From Limnochordia bacterium (GTDB lineage: Bacteria; Bacillota; Limnochordia; DTU080), in the NCBI GenBank assembly GCA_050951545.1, contig JBMNJG010000005.1, positions 64,001-128,000 of the forward strand: DNA of 64,000 bases, written 5' to 3'. The notes under the pieces are model-generated. The model did not search any database and was not told where the DNA came from. It saw only the letters and a list, made by a program, of their open reading frames with translations. Numbering within the stretch: position 1 is the first letter of the stretch; every line of letters begins with the position of its first letter. The position numbers and the translations under genes are program-made. Positions 1-9,031 of this stretch are shown here, one piece after another.

Positions 1-663
1 TGTGACGGCCTGCGGCTTGAGCCATTCCCTACCAGCGTCTGGCTTCGTCAGAAATAGTCGGCTTGACTCTACACTGTGGCACATCATGTCGCTGAGGGCA
101 CCACCGCCCTGATGCTTTCCTGACCAGAACCAGGCCCTGTGAGGACCGCTATGCTCTTCGGAGCAACGGGCCAGATAGGGGACACCAGTGGTCGCCGCTC
201 CCCTACGCCAGAGAATGTCGCGGCCGCGAGTGACAATGGGTGAAAAAGCTTGGTTCTCCAAGTAGCCGTGTAGCAGACCAGTCTCCTCGACCATCGCCAC
301 AATCTGCTTGGCTTCGGCCACATTGCGCGCCAAGGGTTTTTCTATGCAGATGCCCCTTAATGAGGCCCTCTTGCTTAGCACTTCCTCGCAGATCTGCTCC
401 ACTATGCCGATTCGAGTGTAGTTGGGGGCTACTACCCAGACTGCATCAACCCGAGGATCACGCACCATCTCGCGTACATCCTGATACACTTGCGGATCAC
501 CCACCCGCAAGGAGCGACATAGTGCAGCCGCTTCGTTGGCTGTTTCCTGGTTGCGGCTGCAAATGGCGGTGATATCACTGTGCCGGACCGCTCTCCAGGC
601 CTGAATGTGAAAGCGCGTCATAAACCCACTGCCAATGATCCCCACACCTAGACGTTTCACCAT
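1..663 (-). CDS. Gfo/Idh/MocA family oxidoreductase (partial, runs off the left edge)
   Basis: Not in the ORF track. Manual translation from ATG at 663 gives MVKRLGVGIIGSGFMTRFH...ICIEKPLARN...GGGALSDMMCH (Rossmann GxG, EKP and DxxxH motifs); GGAGGT RBS at ~671-676. Confidence 0.88.
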   Translation of the reverse strand, partial: MVKRLGVGIIGSGFMTRFHIQAWRAVRHSDITAICSRNQETANEAAALCRSLRVGDPQVYQDVREMVRDPRVDAVWVVAPNYTRIGIVEQICEEVLSKRASLRGICIEKPLARNVAEAKQIVAMVEETGLLHGYLENQAFSPIVTRGRDILWRRGAATTGVPYLARCSEEHSGPHRAWFWSGKHQGGGALSDMMCHSVESSRLFLTKPDAGREWLKPQAVT

Positions 664-699
664 GCAGTAGACCTCCCTATGGAATGGTGCTATGCTGTT

Positions 700-725
700 G
701 CGGGCATGTCGGCCGCCAACCACGC
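700..725. repeat. Short intergenic repeat, copy 1 (GCGGGCATGTCGGCCGCCAACCA)
   Basis: Near-identical to 2538-2564; can fold into a small hairpin. Confidence 0.6.
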
Positions 726-743
726 CTCTCCCTCTCAGATCCT

Positions 744-2504
744 CTAACCAGTTCGCAACTGTGTCTCAATAGCTGCTGGAGCAGCAAATATGGCTTTATA
801 ACACGCCGGATCAAACTTCGCCAGGCGCTCGTCAGTGTACAACCCGTTAACCTCTTGCTCCACGTCCGTGAGCTGGGTATAGCAAAATCCACATATGCGT
901 GGATTGCCCACAAGAGCCGAGGTCAGACCGCCCAATCGCTGAAAGAACTCCTCTTCGTCTAGCGGACGCGCCCCGTAGCCCCATGCCTTCTCATCGATCT
1001 GGGCGGGGTTCCACCAGATACCTCCGTATTCATCGACGAGATAGGGCTGGCCCGCCACATGAGGAGCATTGTTTGACTGGGAGTTGCGCCAACCCGCCTC
1101 GCCCTGAGCCAGCGGCCCGTAGGCTGCAGCGAACTGAGCCACATCCTGCGAGTAGTTGTGCACCGTGTAAAGATCCGTACTCACATGCACATACCCACTG
1201 GTATCGACTACTGGCCTCGTAGGGTCCACCGCCTTGGTCACGCGATAGATGGTACGCAGCAGTTCCGGATTCTGATCATTGGGTGTCTCATTAAACGGAC
1301 ACCAAGTGATGATACTCGGATGATTGGCATCGCGCTGTAGCACATCCAGCCATTCCGTGAGGACGCTCTCCAAGACCGCAGAATCACTGTGATCAAGACC
1401 CCAGTTTGGAAACTCGCCCCACACCAGGTATCCCAGGCGATCCGCCCAGGTAAGAAAGCGAGGCTCAAAGACCTTTTCATGCAGCCGAGCACCGTTGAAT
1501 CCTGCGGCCTGCGCCAGCTCGATATCCCGTCTCAAGTGAGCATCTGAAGGCGCTGTATAGATCCCATCCGGGTAGAACCCCTGGTCAAGTACCAGCCGTT
1601 GGAAGAGCGGCTCGCCGTTGAGGTACACGCAACCGTCTGCCAGCTTAATCGAACGCATACCGAAATAGGAGACGACTCGATCCATCCCTGCCTCCGTTTC
1701 CAAGACCAACTCCAGATCATAAAGAAACGGATTAGCCGGCGACCAGAGCCTGGGCTTCGCCACATCAAGAGTCATTGTGGTTAGAGGGGCGACTGCCTCC
1801 ACAGAGTGCTCCGAGATCACCTCGCCATCAGCTCTCACTGCCGCCCTCAGTCTGCCTTGCGACGGACCTACGCCAGGAACCGGGCTGTACAAGACGGCCT
1901 CCACCCGAATGCTCTCTTCCGTTAGGGAGGGCGTCAGCCGTAGGTGGTCAATGCTAAACGCCGGAACTGGCTCTAGCCAGACCGTCTGCCATATGCCAGT
2001 TGTCCGCGTATAGTGACAGCGGGCAGATGCATAGGCCACACTCTGTTTTCCTGTCGGTTGCAGGCCCGAACGCGTATCGTCGATGGCCCGCACGACCAGT
2101 GTGTTGTCACCCTCACGATCGACCAGTGCCGTGATGTCAAGGCGAAAAGGTGTGTATCCACCTCGGTGCATACCAGCCAAGCGACCATTCACCCAGACAG
2201 TGGCCTCATAGTCGACAGCGCCGAAGTGAAGCAACAGCCTACTGTGACCCCAGTGATCAGGCACACGGAAGCGGCGACGATACCACACACATGGCATGAA
2301 ATCCGTTTTGCCAACACCCGATAGCTTGCTTTCAGGCGCAAAAGGAACCACGATTTTCCGCTCAAGATCTCCACCAGTGGGCAATCCCCTGGCCTCACCA
2401 CTGAGGCCAGGATCCTCACCGAACTCCCACTCTCCGTTCAGGTTCAGCCAGTCGTTACGCACCAATTGCGGCCGAGGGTATTCGGGGCGCGGTATACTAC
2501 TCAA
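744..2504 (-). CDS. Glycoside hydrolase family 2 (beta-galactosidase/glucuronidase-like)
   Basis: PRPEYPRPQ, LHFGAVDY, TGIWQTVWLE, LDQGFYPDG, NHPSIITWCPFNE, DEYGG, YTQLTDVEQE motifs; TTG start at 2504 behind GGAGGA. Confidence 0.92.
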   Translation of the reverse strand: MSSIPRPEYPRPQLVRNDWLNLNGEWEFGEDPGLSGEARGLPTGGDLERKIVVPFAPESKLSGVGKTDFMPCVWYRRRFRVPDHWGHSRLLLHFGAVDYEATVWVNGRLAGMHRGGYTPFRLDITALVDREGDNTLVVRAIDDTRSGLQPTGKQSVAYASARCHYTRTTGIWQTVWLEPVPAFSIDHLRLTPSLTEESIRVEAVLYSPVPGVGPSQGRLRAAVRADGEVISEHSVEAVAPLTTMTLDVAKPRLWSPANPFLYDLELVLETEAGMDRVVSYFGMRSIKLADGCVYLNGEPLFQRLVLDQGFYPDGIYTAPSDAHLRRDIELAQAAGFNGARLHEKVFEPRFLTWADRLGYLVWGEFPNWGLDHSDSAVLESVLTEWLDVLQRDANHPSIITWCPFNETPNDQNPELLRTIYRVTKAVDPTRPVVDTSGYVHVSTDLYTVHNYSQDVAQFAAAYGPLAQGEAGWRNSQSNNAPHVAGQPYLVDEYGGIWWNPAQIDEKAWGYGARPLDEEEFFQRLGGLTSALVGNPRICGFCYTQLTDVEQEVNGLYTDERLAKFDPACYKAIFAAPAAIETQLRTG

Positions 2505-2537
2505 CTGTCTTCCTCCCAGAAAATCAAGTGGCGTTGT

Positions 2538-2564
2538 GCGGGCATGTCGGCGGCCAACCAACGC
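2538..2564. repeat. Short intergenic repeat, copy 2
   Basis: GCGGGCATGTCGGCGGCCAACCA, enclosed by a GCGTTG/CAACGC stem; direct repeat of 700-725. Confidence 0.6.
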
Positions 2565-2590
2565 ATAGGCCCTCACCTATAGAAAACCTG

Positions 2591-4333
2591 TCATCGCACA
2601 TCAAAAGCAAACATGTGCGACTCGCGAGCTCCCCATGTGGCCTCGGGGATGAAACGAATGGCCTGGGTCTCAACATCCACAGCCAGGCGCACCAAACGCT
2701 GGTAGTTGTTATCCAGGCGAGCCAACACAAGCCAGCGGCCCACGTCATCCAACGCCTCTACGCGAAAAGCCCGAGTCATGGTGTCGGGTACCGTCAACGG
2801 CTCCGCATCGAGCGGGTAGTTCGAGCGGATGTTCTTCCCCTGGCGATTGAGATCGCTATCAAACACAAAGCGTATCTGACGCACGGAAGATGGTTTGTCA
2901 AAACGGTACTCCACCCATGAACCCACCGCGCCGCGCCAGCCATTGTCGCTGTCGCCCACTGGTCGGTCGGCACCGTTGCGCAGCGGTTCCGGATCATTTT
3001 CAGAAGCTGTCAACCGAGCCTCTCTGCTCAGAGCTGGCACCTGCCGGACATGCCAGGGCAAATAGACGTCATCATCCATGAGCGCTTGCTGTAACTGAGG
3101 GACGCACTTCTCGTAGATCTGGCGCGGCGTCAACGCTTCCTTGACAGCAATCGCCGCCGCAGTGCCTACCGCCTGACCTAGTAGAGCACAGGTCGCCATC
3201 ACGCGTGTGGCACTCAACGCAGCATGCGTGGTACTGATGTTTCGCCCAGCAAAATACAGGTTCTCGATGTTGCGCGAGTACAGACAGCGGTAGGGTATGC
3301 CGAAAGGCGAAGGCGCAGGGTGGAATATGGTAGGCTTCCCAGGCCAGTTCATACCTCCGGGGTGATGATCATCCATTGTCCATCCACCGTAGGCCACCAA
3401 ATCGGGGAAACGCCCTTCGGCCCTGACGTCGTGTTGCGTCAGGATGTGATCGCCTTCATAGCGCCGACTCTCTCGCTTCCCCGGTAGAAAACCTACCCAG
3501 TCGAGCTCCCAGTTATCAGCACCGTGCTCACCACGGTTTTTGATGTGGTCCCATACACCAAAAGCCACTTTCAGCAACTCATCGCGAATCTCCTCGGTGT
3601 CGTATATGGAGTTCTGTTCGCCGCCCAGCTCAATCCACCAGTAATTTGCGTGTGGCAATGCGTGACCCCGGTAGGGCAGGTCCTCGTCGCTACCATAGAC
3701 ATAGGCCCATGTTGGAGGTACGAAACGCTGCGGCCTGTCGGTCTCCCGAGCCTGGATGAGGCAGCTCATCCCCATGGTCTTGCGGTCGGCCTCGTCAGGC
3801 TGTATCGACTCACCAAACTCCGAAGCCGCCTCGCGCCCCATCCGAAAGTGTGCACCGCACCGAGGCGCCAAGACGCTGTCACCTGAGCAATCTGCAAACA
3901 ACTCGGCCTCGACCGTATGCCACGTCTGAGTGGTCAACTGCCACCCCTTGACACTCCTGATCCGGTTGCCTGCCATCAGAAGCTCGTTGCAGGAACAGTT
4001 GAGAAGCAGTGTTATGTTCTCCTCAAAGCGCACCTTCTCGTACAAGATGCTGTCCCAGATCGAGAGAACCTGACTGGGGTTCCGATAGCGGTTCTCTAGT
4101 TCGATCTCCTCGAGGATCCCTGTCTCCCGGTTATTGGGGCCATGGGCCCCGCATACCCACATGCGGATCTCCGATGACGCATTTCCTCCCAACACTGGCC
4201 GATCCTGCATGAGAGCAACTCTGATGCCACGTCGGGCCGCAGCAATGGCGGCACACATCCCCGCTAAGCCTCCGCCAACAACACACAAATCGACGCGATG
4301 AGTTTTATCTCTCAAAGGAAACACCCCCGGCAA
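2591..4333 (-). CDS. FAD-dependent oxidoreductase (FAD_oxidored family) with C-terminal beta-sandwich domain
   Basis: VVGGGLAG, LGGNASSE, DCSGD, GKRESRR, IPYRCL, AGRNIS, TRVMATC motifs. Confidence 0.88.
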   Translation of the reverse strand: MPGVFPLRDKTHRVDLCVVGGGLAGMCAAIAAARRGIRVALMQDRPVLGGNASSEIRMWVCGAHGPNNRETGILEEIELENRYRNPSQVLSIWDSILYEKVRFEENITLLLNCSCNELLMAGNRIRSVKGWQLTTQTWHTVEAELFADCSGDSVLAPRCGAHFRMGREAASEFGESIQPDEADRKTMGMSCLIQARETDRPQRFVPPTWAYVYGSDEDLPYRGHALPHANYWWIELGGEQNSIYDTEEIRDELLKVAFGVWDHIKNRGEHGADNWELDWVGFLPGKRESRRYEGDHILTQHDVRAEGRFPDLVAYGGWTMDDHHPGGMNWPGKPTIFHPAPSPFGIPYRCLYSRNIENLYFAGRNISTTHAALSATRVMATCALLGQAVGTAAAIAVKEALTPRQIYEKCVPQLQQALMDDDVYLPWHVRQVPALSREARLTASENDPEPLRNGADRPVGDSDNGWRGAVGSWVEYRFDKPSSVRQIRFVFDSDLNRQGKNIRSNYPLDAEPLTVPDTMTRAFRVEALDDVGRWLVLARLDNNYQRLVRLAVDVETQAIRFIPEATWGARESHMFAFDVR

Positions 4334-4336
4334 CTC

Positions 4337-5587
4337 TCAGGACCAATGTGACCAGTAGTACTGCGTACCAAAATGCGATAGATGCTCTGTCAGAAAGAAC
4401 ATGGCTCCACTACGCCAGGTGTTCCCGGCCTGCATGAGATCGGCCACTGCCCGCTGCAGGCTAGTCTCTCGCGGCACCGTGGCCAGATCGAATGGCTCGC
4501 GCAAGTAGATAAACCAGAGGCCGTCTTGTCCCGACGAACGGACTGGGTATAGATACAACTCCCGTTGGAAACGCGCCAGATTCTCAGATGTCAGCTTGAT
4601 CTGTTGAAGCTGGGTGTTGAAGATCCACGAAGTGCTCGATATGCTCCTGAAGGGTCGGTCTGGAAACTGCTGCTGGAAAAACGAGGTGGCCCGCCGGAAG
4701 GAGTTAGCGCATCTTTCGAGGGTCATCCCGCCACCCTCAGGGATATGCATGTCCAGTGTGGTGTCCCCTTTCTGGAGCACACACTCCCAAGCCGTCTTCT
4801 CCAAGCGCGTTCTCCTCTTGACCGCATAGCCCAGAGGAGATATTGGATACCCGACCACCGCGTCATTGTCAACGGTCAGAGTGGCTGTCCAACCGTGCTC
4901 GGTATCCACGATGCCAGCACTGCCATCCACGTACCCTTCTTTGTTGTAGCGCGCCCCATCTGGCGCCAAAGTCATCACACGACCACTCTCACGGTGGCGG
5001 TAGACGCTAATCCCTGCAGCAAAGGGCCTCAGCATGTACTCGAATCTGCCAACACGAAACAACCTACCCGCATCGTAATGACGCAACCAGTATAGCTGCT
5101 TGATGGGAATGCCTACCCAGCCATCCGTCATCCGGCGGTAGTTCATAGAGAAGCATGCTATCTGCTGACACGTGTCGCGCGTGATTTCCTCGGGGACTCC
5201 CATCCGATGATGAAGAGCCAACACCCTCGGCACCAAAGCCAAGGCGATCAGCAAATAGAAAGCACCGCACAGCTCCCGAAGCGCCGATTCCAGCGTGGGC
5301 CATTCCCGTGTTTTGTCGTAGTCTAGGTGTTCAAACAGAAGGCGGTAGCAGTGCCACGCCAACAAGACCAGCGCCGGCTCTTGCCGGATACGCGCCGCTG
5401 CGTCCAAGAGCACAGCCTCTGTCTCAGGAGCCAGACGGCTCCATGAGAGGTTGCGCCGAATCTCGTCAACCGTCAGAAACGGCGGGACGGAGTCTCCTAA
5501 GGATGCCACCGAATCCTCCCAATAGGGGCGAAACACCTCTAGCGCTGCGTCCTCCCGCAGCTGCGAAAGCACATCCTCCAGTTTCAC
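4337..5587 (-). CDS. Acyltransferase domain protein (DUF5596/GNAT-like C-terminal type)
   Basis: LFRVGRFEY, LDMHIPEGG, SWIFN and RETSLQRA motifs typical of this family. Confidence 0.7.
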   Translation of the reverse strand: MKLEDVLSQLREDAALEVFRPYWEDSVASLGDSVPPFLTVDEIRRNLSWSRLAPETEAVLLDAAARIRQEPALVLLAWHCYRLLFEHLDYDKTREWPTLESALRELCGAFYLLIALALVPRVLALHHRMGVPEEITRDTCQQIACFSMNYRRMTDGWVGIPIKQLYWLRHYDAGRLFRVGRFEYMLRPFAAGISVYRHRESGRVMTLAPDGARYNKEGYVDGSAGIVDTEHGWTATLTVDNDAVVGYPISPLGYAVKRRTRLEKTAWECVLQKGDTTLDMHIPEGGGMTLERCANSFRRATSFFQQQFPDRPFRSISSTSWIFNTQLQQIKLTSENLARFQRELYLYPVRSSGQDGLWFIYLREPFDLATVPRETSLQRAVADLMQAGNTWRSGAMFFLTEHLSHFGTQYYWSHWS

Positions 5588-5656
5588 AACCAGGCCTCCC
5601 AGATAAAGATGACAAACTGGTCAATCAACGGGCCTATCACCGATGTGCGGGCTAGG

Positions 5657-6577
5657 CTAGGAGCGGTCGGGCACTTGCCAGTTGGCATACCATACCGAGT
5701 CTTCCGGAACTGGCTCTTGCCCCTGCCACAGATCCTGCATCGTGCTGAACTCACCGAAAACCGGGCGGATGACATCGTCCCAGACCCGCTCTACCTGCTC
5801 GAATGTCCGTAGGCGCTGCGTGGGCTGATCTTTATCGTAGGCCGCCAGTAACTCCTGTGCTTTCTCGCCAAGAAAGCGCACTTCATCAGCTACCATACGC
5901 TCACCGACCAGGCGGTCAGAAAGGGAAGCATTCTTGCCCATGGCAAAATGGGTTCCCGGCTCCGAGGGCTCGGGCAAGCGTGACAGATCCACACACTCCG
6001 GGTTTAGTGCCCACAGAAGAGACGTCTCAACCTTGCCAGCATGGTCGCCACCGCTACGACCGTTGCCATCGAAACCCGGTTGGTTGGCTTCCCAATCAGG
6101 CAGGCTGTACAGACGCGTGCCAACATAGGGCTGTATCAGCTCAACGAGGCGCTTGAGGTCCTTCCAGTTCGGCCCATAGTGCCCAGTAAGCAAGATAGCG
6201 GCATGGAAGCCAATGGCATCTGCCATTCGAATATGATAGCAGACATTCTTGAAGTGCTGCCAAGGCGGTAGGCATGTTAGCCAAGTGCGCTCCACTTCTC
6301 CCACGTTCTTGCGGGACCATACCGCGTAGCCGCTCAGTTCATGGATGTGCCAAAAATCCGGTGGTGCCACCATGCCTCCATGGGTGCGGGCTGCTTCGCA
6401 AGCGATCCCGTAGGCTTTCAGCCCGTCAAGTCCCACTGCATTATGGGGCCCGTGAGGTTCACAAAGCCCGTAAGCAAAATAGACTATCGGACACTTCTCG
6501 AACGCCTGTTCCAACTGATCCGGAAACATTCTCTCCCAACGAACTTCCCTTGATATGGACACTCGCTCCCACCTCAC
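5657..6577 (-). CDS. Creatininase family amidohydrolase
   Basis: GLCEPHGPHNAVGLD, TGHYG, DHAGKVETS metal-binding motifs. Confidence 0.85.
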   Translation of the reverse strand: MRWERVSISREVRWERMFPDQLEQAFEKCPIVYFAYGLCEPHGPHNAVGLDGLKAYGIACEAARTHGGMVAPPDFWHIHELSGYAVWSRKNVGEVERTWLTCLPPWQHFKNVCYHIRMADAIGFHAAILLTGHYGPNWKDLKRLVELIQPYVGTRLYSLPDWEANQPGFDGNGRSGGDHAGKVETSLLWALNPECVDLSRLPEPSEPGTHFAMGKNASLSDRLVGERMVADEVRFLGEKAQELLAAYDKDQPTQRLRTFEQVERVWDDVIRPVFGEFSTMQDLWQGQEPVPEDSVWYANWQVPDRS

Positions 6578-6731
6578 ATGCGAAGTCTGAACCTATCATT
6601 CTGGGCTCAGAGTGTTGGTACCTCCATGACTGATACATTGACCGTTCGCTGTTGGGGCTTGACGTCGATTACTTTATTCGCGATTATTGTAAGTGCAAGC
6701 ACGTAGACGCCAGATATGAGGTGATTCAGAC

Positions 6732-7997
6732 GTGTCTAGATGGCCACGCATTGTACTGGTTCTTCTGCTTCTTGTACAGCTCTCCCTCGCTGCGGTACCA
6801 AGCGCAACCGCTAGTGTACAGCTGACACATTACACTTACGAAGCGCACGGTGATTTCTGGCGAGAGTACCTCGACCTCATGGCTGAACGTTTCAAGGCTT
6901 CGACAGGGATCTCAGTGGAGTTCATCATCGCATCAGGAAGCGAGTATCGCTCCAAACTGCTCACCATGGTGGCGGGAGGCGTCGCTCCGGATGTGACAGA
7001 CGCCCACCCTATGCTTGGCGCGCCCCTCATTGCTCAAGGCATATTCGAAGATCTGACACCCTACGTGAAAAGAGACAACTTCCCTTTGGATCGCATGCCC
7101 CCAGTCGCCGTTGAGGGGGTCACTACACCTGACCGCAAACTGTGGGGTATTCCTGGTAGCGTCTATCCCGTGGTCACGTTTTTCAATGCCGATCTCTTCG
7201 CGGAAAGCGGGCTGCCTAACCCCCGGGAACTCGGTGAGCGGTGGACGTGGGAGACCCTGACCTCGAGCGCGAAAAGGCTGACTCGCGACAAGGACGGAGA
7301 CGGCGTCTATGAGACCTATGGCACCTCACGCATCTCGTACCGTTGGGAAATGCAGGTTCATCAGGCGGGCGGACAGCTCTACGATAGGGTCGTTTATCCC
7401 ACGAAGAGTCAGTTCAACAGCCCCGAGGTGTTGCGGGCCATAGAGTTCATACGCGGCCTCTACGCGGACAATATCGCCACCAACAACCATACCACCTATA
7501 ACGTGTTTCGAGGCACATGCGGATTCGCTGTGGTTGACGGCCCGGGTTCGATCAGTTCCTTCCAGCATGTCGCCTTCAACTGGGACATTGCTGGGCAACC
7601 CAAAGGGCCAGCCAATCGAGCAGCGCGGGTCAATCCGGACGGTTTTCAGGTGGTCGCCTACAGCCAACATAAGGATGCCGCATGGCAATGGGTCCGTTAC
7701 TTGACTGGCAATGCCGACAACCAGTTGGAGCTGGCACGCATCAGCGGGCGCATGCCCTCTTTGAGGGAAGCTATGGTTCGCTACCCCAAGATAGGTGGTA
7801 TCGACCTGCCCAGTAACTGGCAAGCCTTGATCGACACAGCATTCGACCCAGATGGCTACGCAGCCTATGTCGTGCCCAACGCCACCCAGGTCGACGCCGT
7901 GGTCAACCCCATTATCAACCAGATATGGAATGGCCAGGTGGCACCTGCTGTAGGGCTGCAGCAGATCCACGAGGTACTGCCTGGGCTGTTGCAGTGA
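6732..7997 (+). CDS. Sugar ABC transporter extracellular solute-binding protein
   Basis: Signal peptide, AGGVAPDV, FFNADLFAESGL, WTWE, AAWQWVRYL; GAGGTG RBS. Confidence 0.88.
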   Translation: MSRWPRIVLVLLLLVQLSLAAVPSATASVQLTHYTYEAHGDFWREYLDLMAERFKASTGISVEFIIASGSEYRSKLLTMVAGGVAPDVTDAHPMLGAPLIAQGIFEDLTPYVKRDNFPLDRMPPVAVEGVTTPDRKLWGIPGSVYPVVTFFNADLFAESGLPNPRELGERWTWETLTSSAKRLTRDKDGDGVYETYGTSRISYRWEMQVHQAGGQLYDRVVYPTKSQFNSPEVLRAIEFIRGLYADNIATNNHTTYNVFRGTCGFAVVDGPGSISSFQHVAFNWDIAGQPKGPANRAARVNPDGFQVVAYSQHKDAAWQWVRYLTGNADNQLELARISGRMPSLREAMVRYPKIGGIDLPSNWQALIDTAFDPDGYAAYVVPNATQVDAVVNPIINQIWNGQVAPAVGLQQIHEVLPGLLQ

Positions 7998-8019
7998 GAT
8001 CAGAAAAGGCGATCTCCCC

Positions 8020-8051
8020 AAAGGACCGTGTGCCATGGGCCACGGTCCTTT
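8020..8051. terminator. Hairpin between convergent genes (probable bidirectional terminator)
   Basis: AAAGGACCGTG-N10-CACGGTCCTTT perfect inverted repeat. Confidence 0.65.
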
Positions 8052-8076
8052 GTGCGTGCTGCGGTTTCCACTCTAC

Positions 8077-8446
8077 TCACACAGTTGTCTGCATCGTCTC
8101 CAAGAAACGCGTCAGCTCTTCAGTCAACCCAGTCAGCACTGCGGGCAGATCATCAATGAGAGGCTTCATGCGCTGCCAATCCAAACGACGTCCATAGGCA
8201 TTGCGGAAGACATGACGAAACCCCCGGTACGGATCAAGCATCGCTTGAAGCTCCCTACTGATCACTCGGGGACGGATCCCAGGCACATCGACCGACATCG
8301 CAGGCAGAAGCCGTCGATGCCATTCGGTCCTGTTCCTCGTCTTGGAGCGAGTATGAGGACAACTCTGAAAGGGCTTGCCCCAATTCGGCCACATGCGACT
8401 GGATCTCTGCTGATAGTCTTGCCATGCCATGCCGATTGCGAACCAT
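8077..8446 (-). pseudogene. HEPN (HepT-like) ribonuclease toxin, internally deleted and frameshifted
   Basis: N-terminus (MVRNRHGMARLSAEIQ...QDR) is in one frame and the C-terminus (EWHRRLL..MS.DVPGIRP.VIS...YRGFRHVFRNAY) in another, joined at ~8325-8332; the usual central segment is absent. Confidence 0.75.
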
Positions 8447-8469
8447 CCGTTTTCACCTCACCAACTCGC

Positions 8470-8841
8470 TCATACCGAGAGCCCGTCCCGCTGAATCGAA
8501 GCACGCAAGCCGGGTGAACAGTCCTCCACCAGAATCAGATCTACTGGTACGGACGCCACGGCGTCGACATCAGTAAGCACTGCAAAGTACCTGACGGGAT
8601 CAACGCCGCTGACAGCGATATCAATATCGGCATCCACGCCTACCCAACCTTGTCCTCGCGCCCGCCTGGCGACGGAGCCAAACAGGTAGACCTCGCTGGC
8701 CCCCCAGCGACAGCGCAGGCGCTCAGCGACTTGTCGTGCAGAAACCATTGCCAGCTGCCAGCGCTCATGCTCGGCTTGATCTTCCTCTGCTCGTCGCATG
8801 CGCCAGCCTTTTCTGTACGCCTCAAGTCTCGCAGCATCCAT
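8470..8841 (-). CDS. Minimal nucleotidyltransferase (MntA-like antitoxin)
   Basis: VYLFGSVAR...DADIDIAV and PVDLI motifs; directly upstream of the HEPN gene. Confidence 0.85.
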   Translation of the reverse strand: MDAARLEAYRKGWRMRRAEEDQAEHERWQLAMVSARQVAERLRCRWGASEVYLFGSVARRARGQGWVGVDADIDIAVSGVDPVRYFAVLTDVDAVASVPVDLILVEDCSPGLRASIQRDGLSV

Positions 8842-9031
8842 CTTCGCTTCGCCCCATCTCCAAGCCGCATACGCTAGCGTATTCATCCTAGCATGCCCAG
8901 CCCCCGCCAACAAGGCACCACGAATGCACACCTAGAACCTCATCAGTCGACACTTCGCCTAAGAAGGCGGGCATACTGCCAGCAGAGAATAGCAGAGTAT
9001 ACGAATCGCCTCCGAAAGGACAACCCTACGC

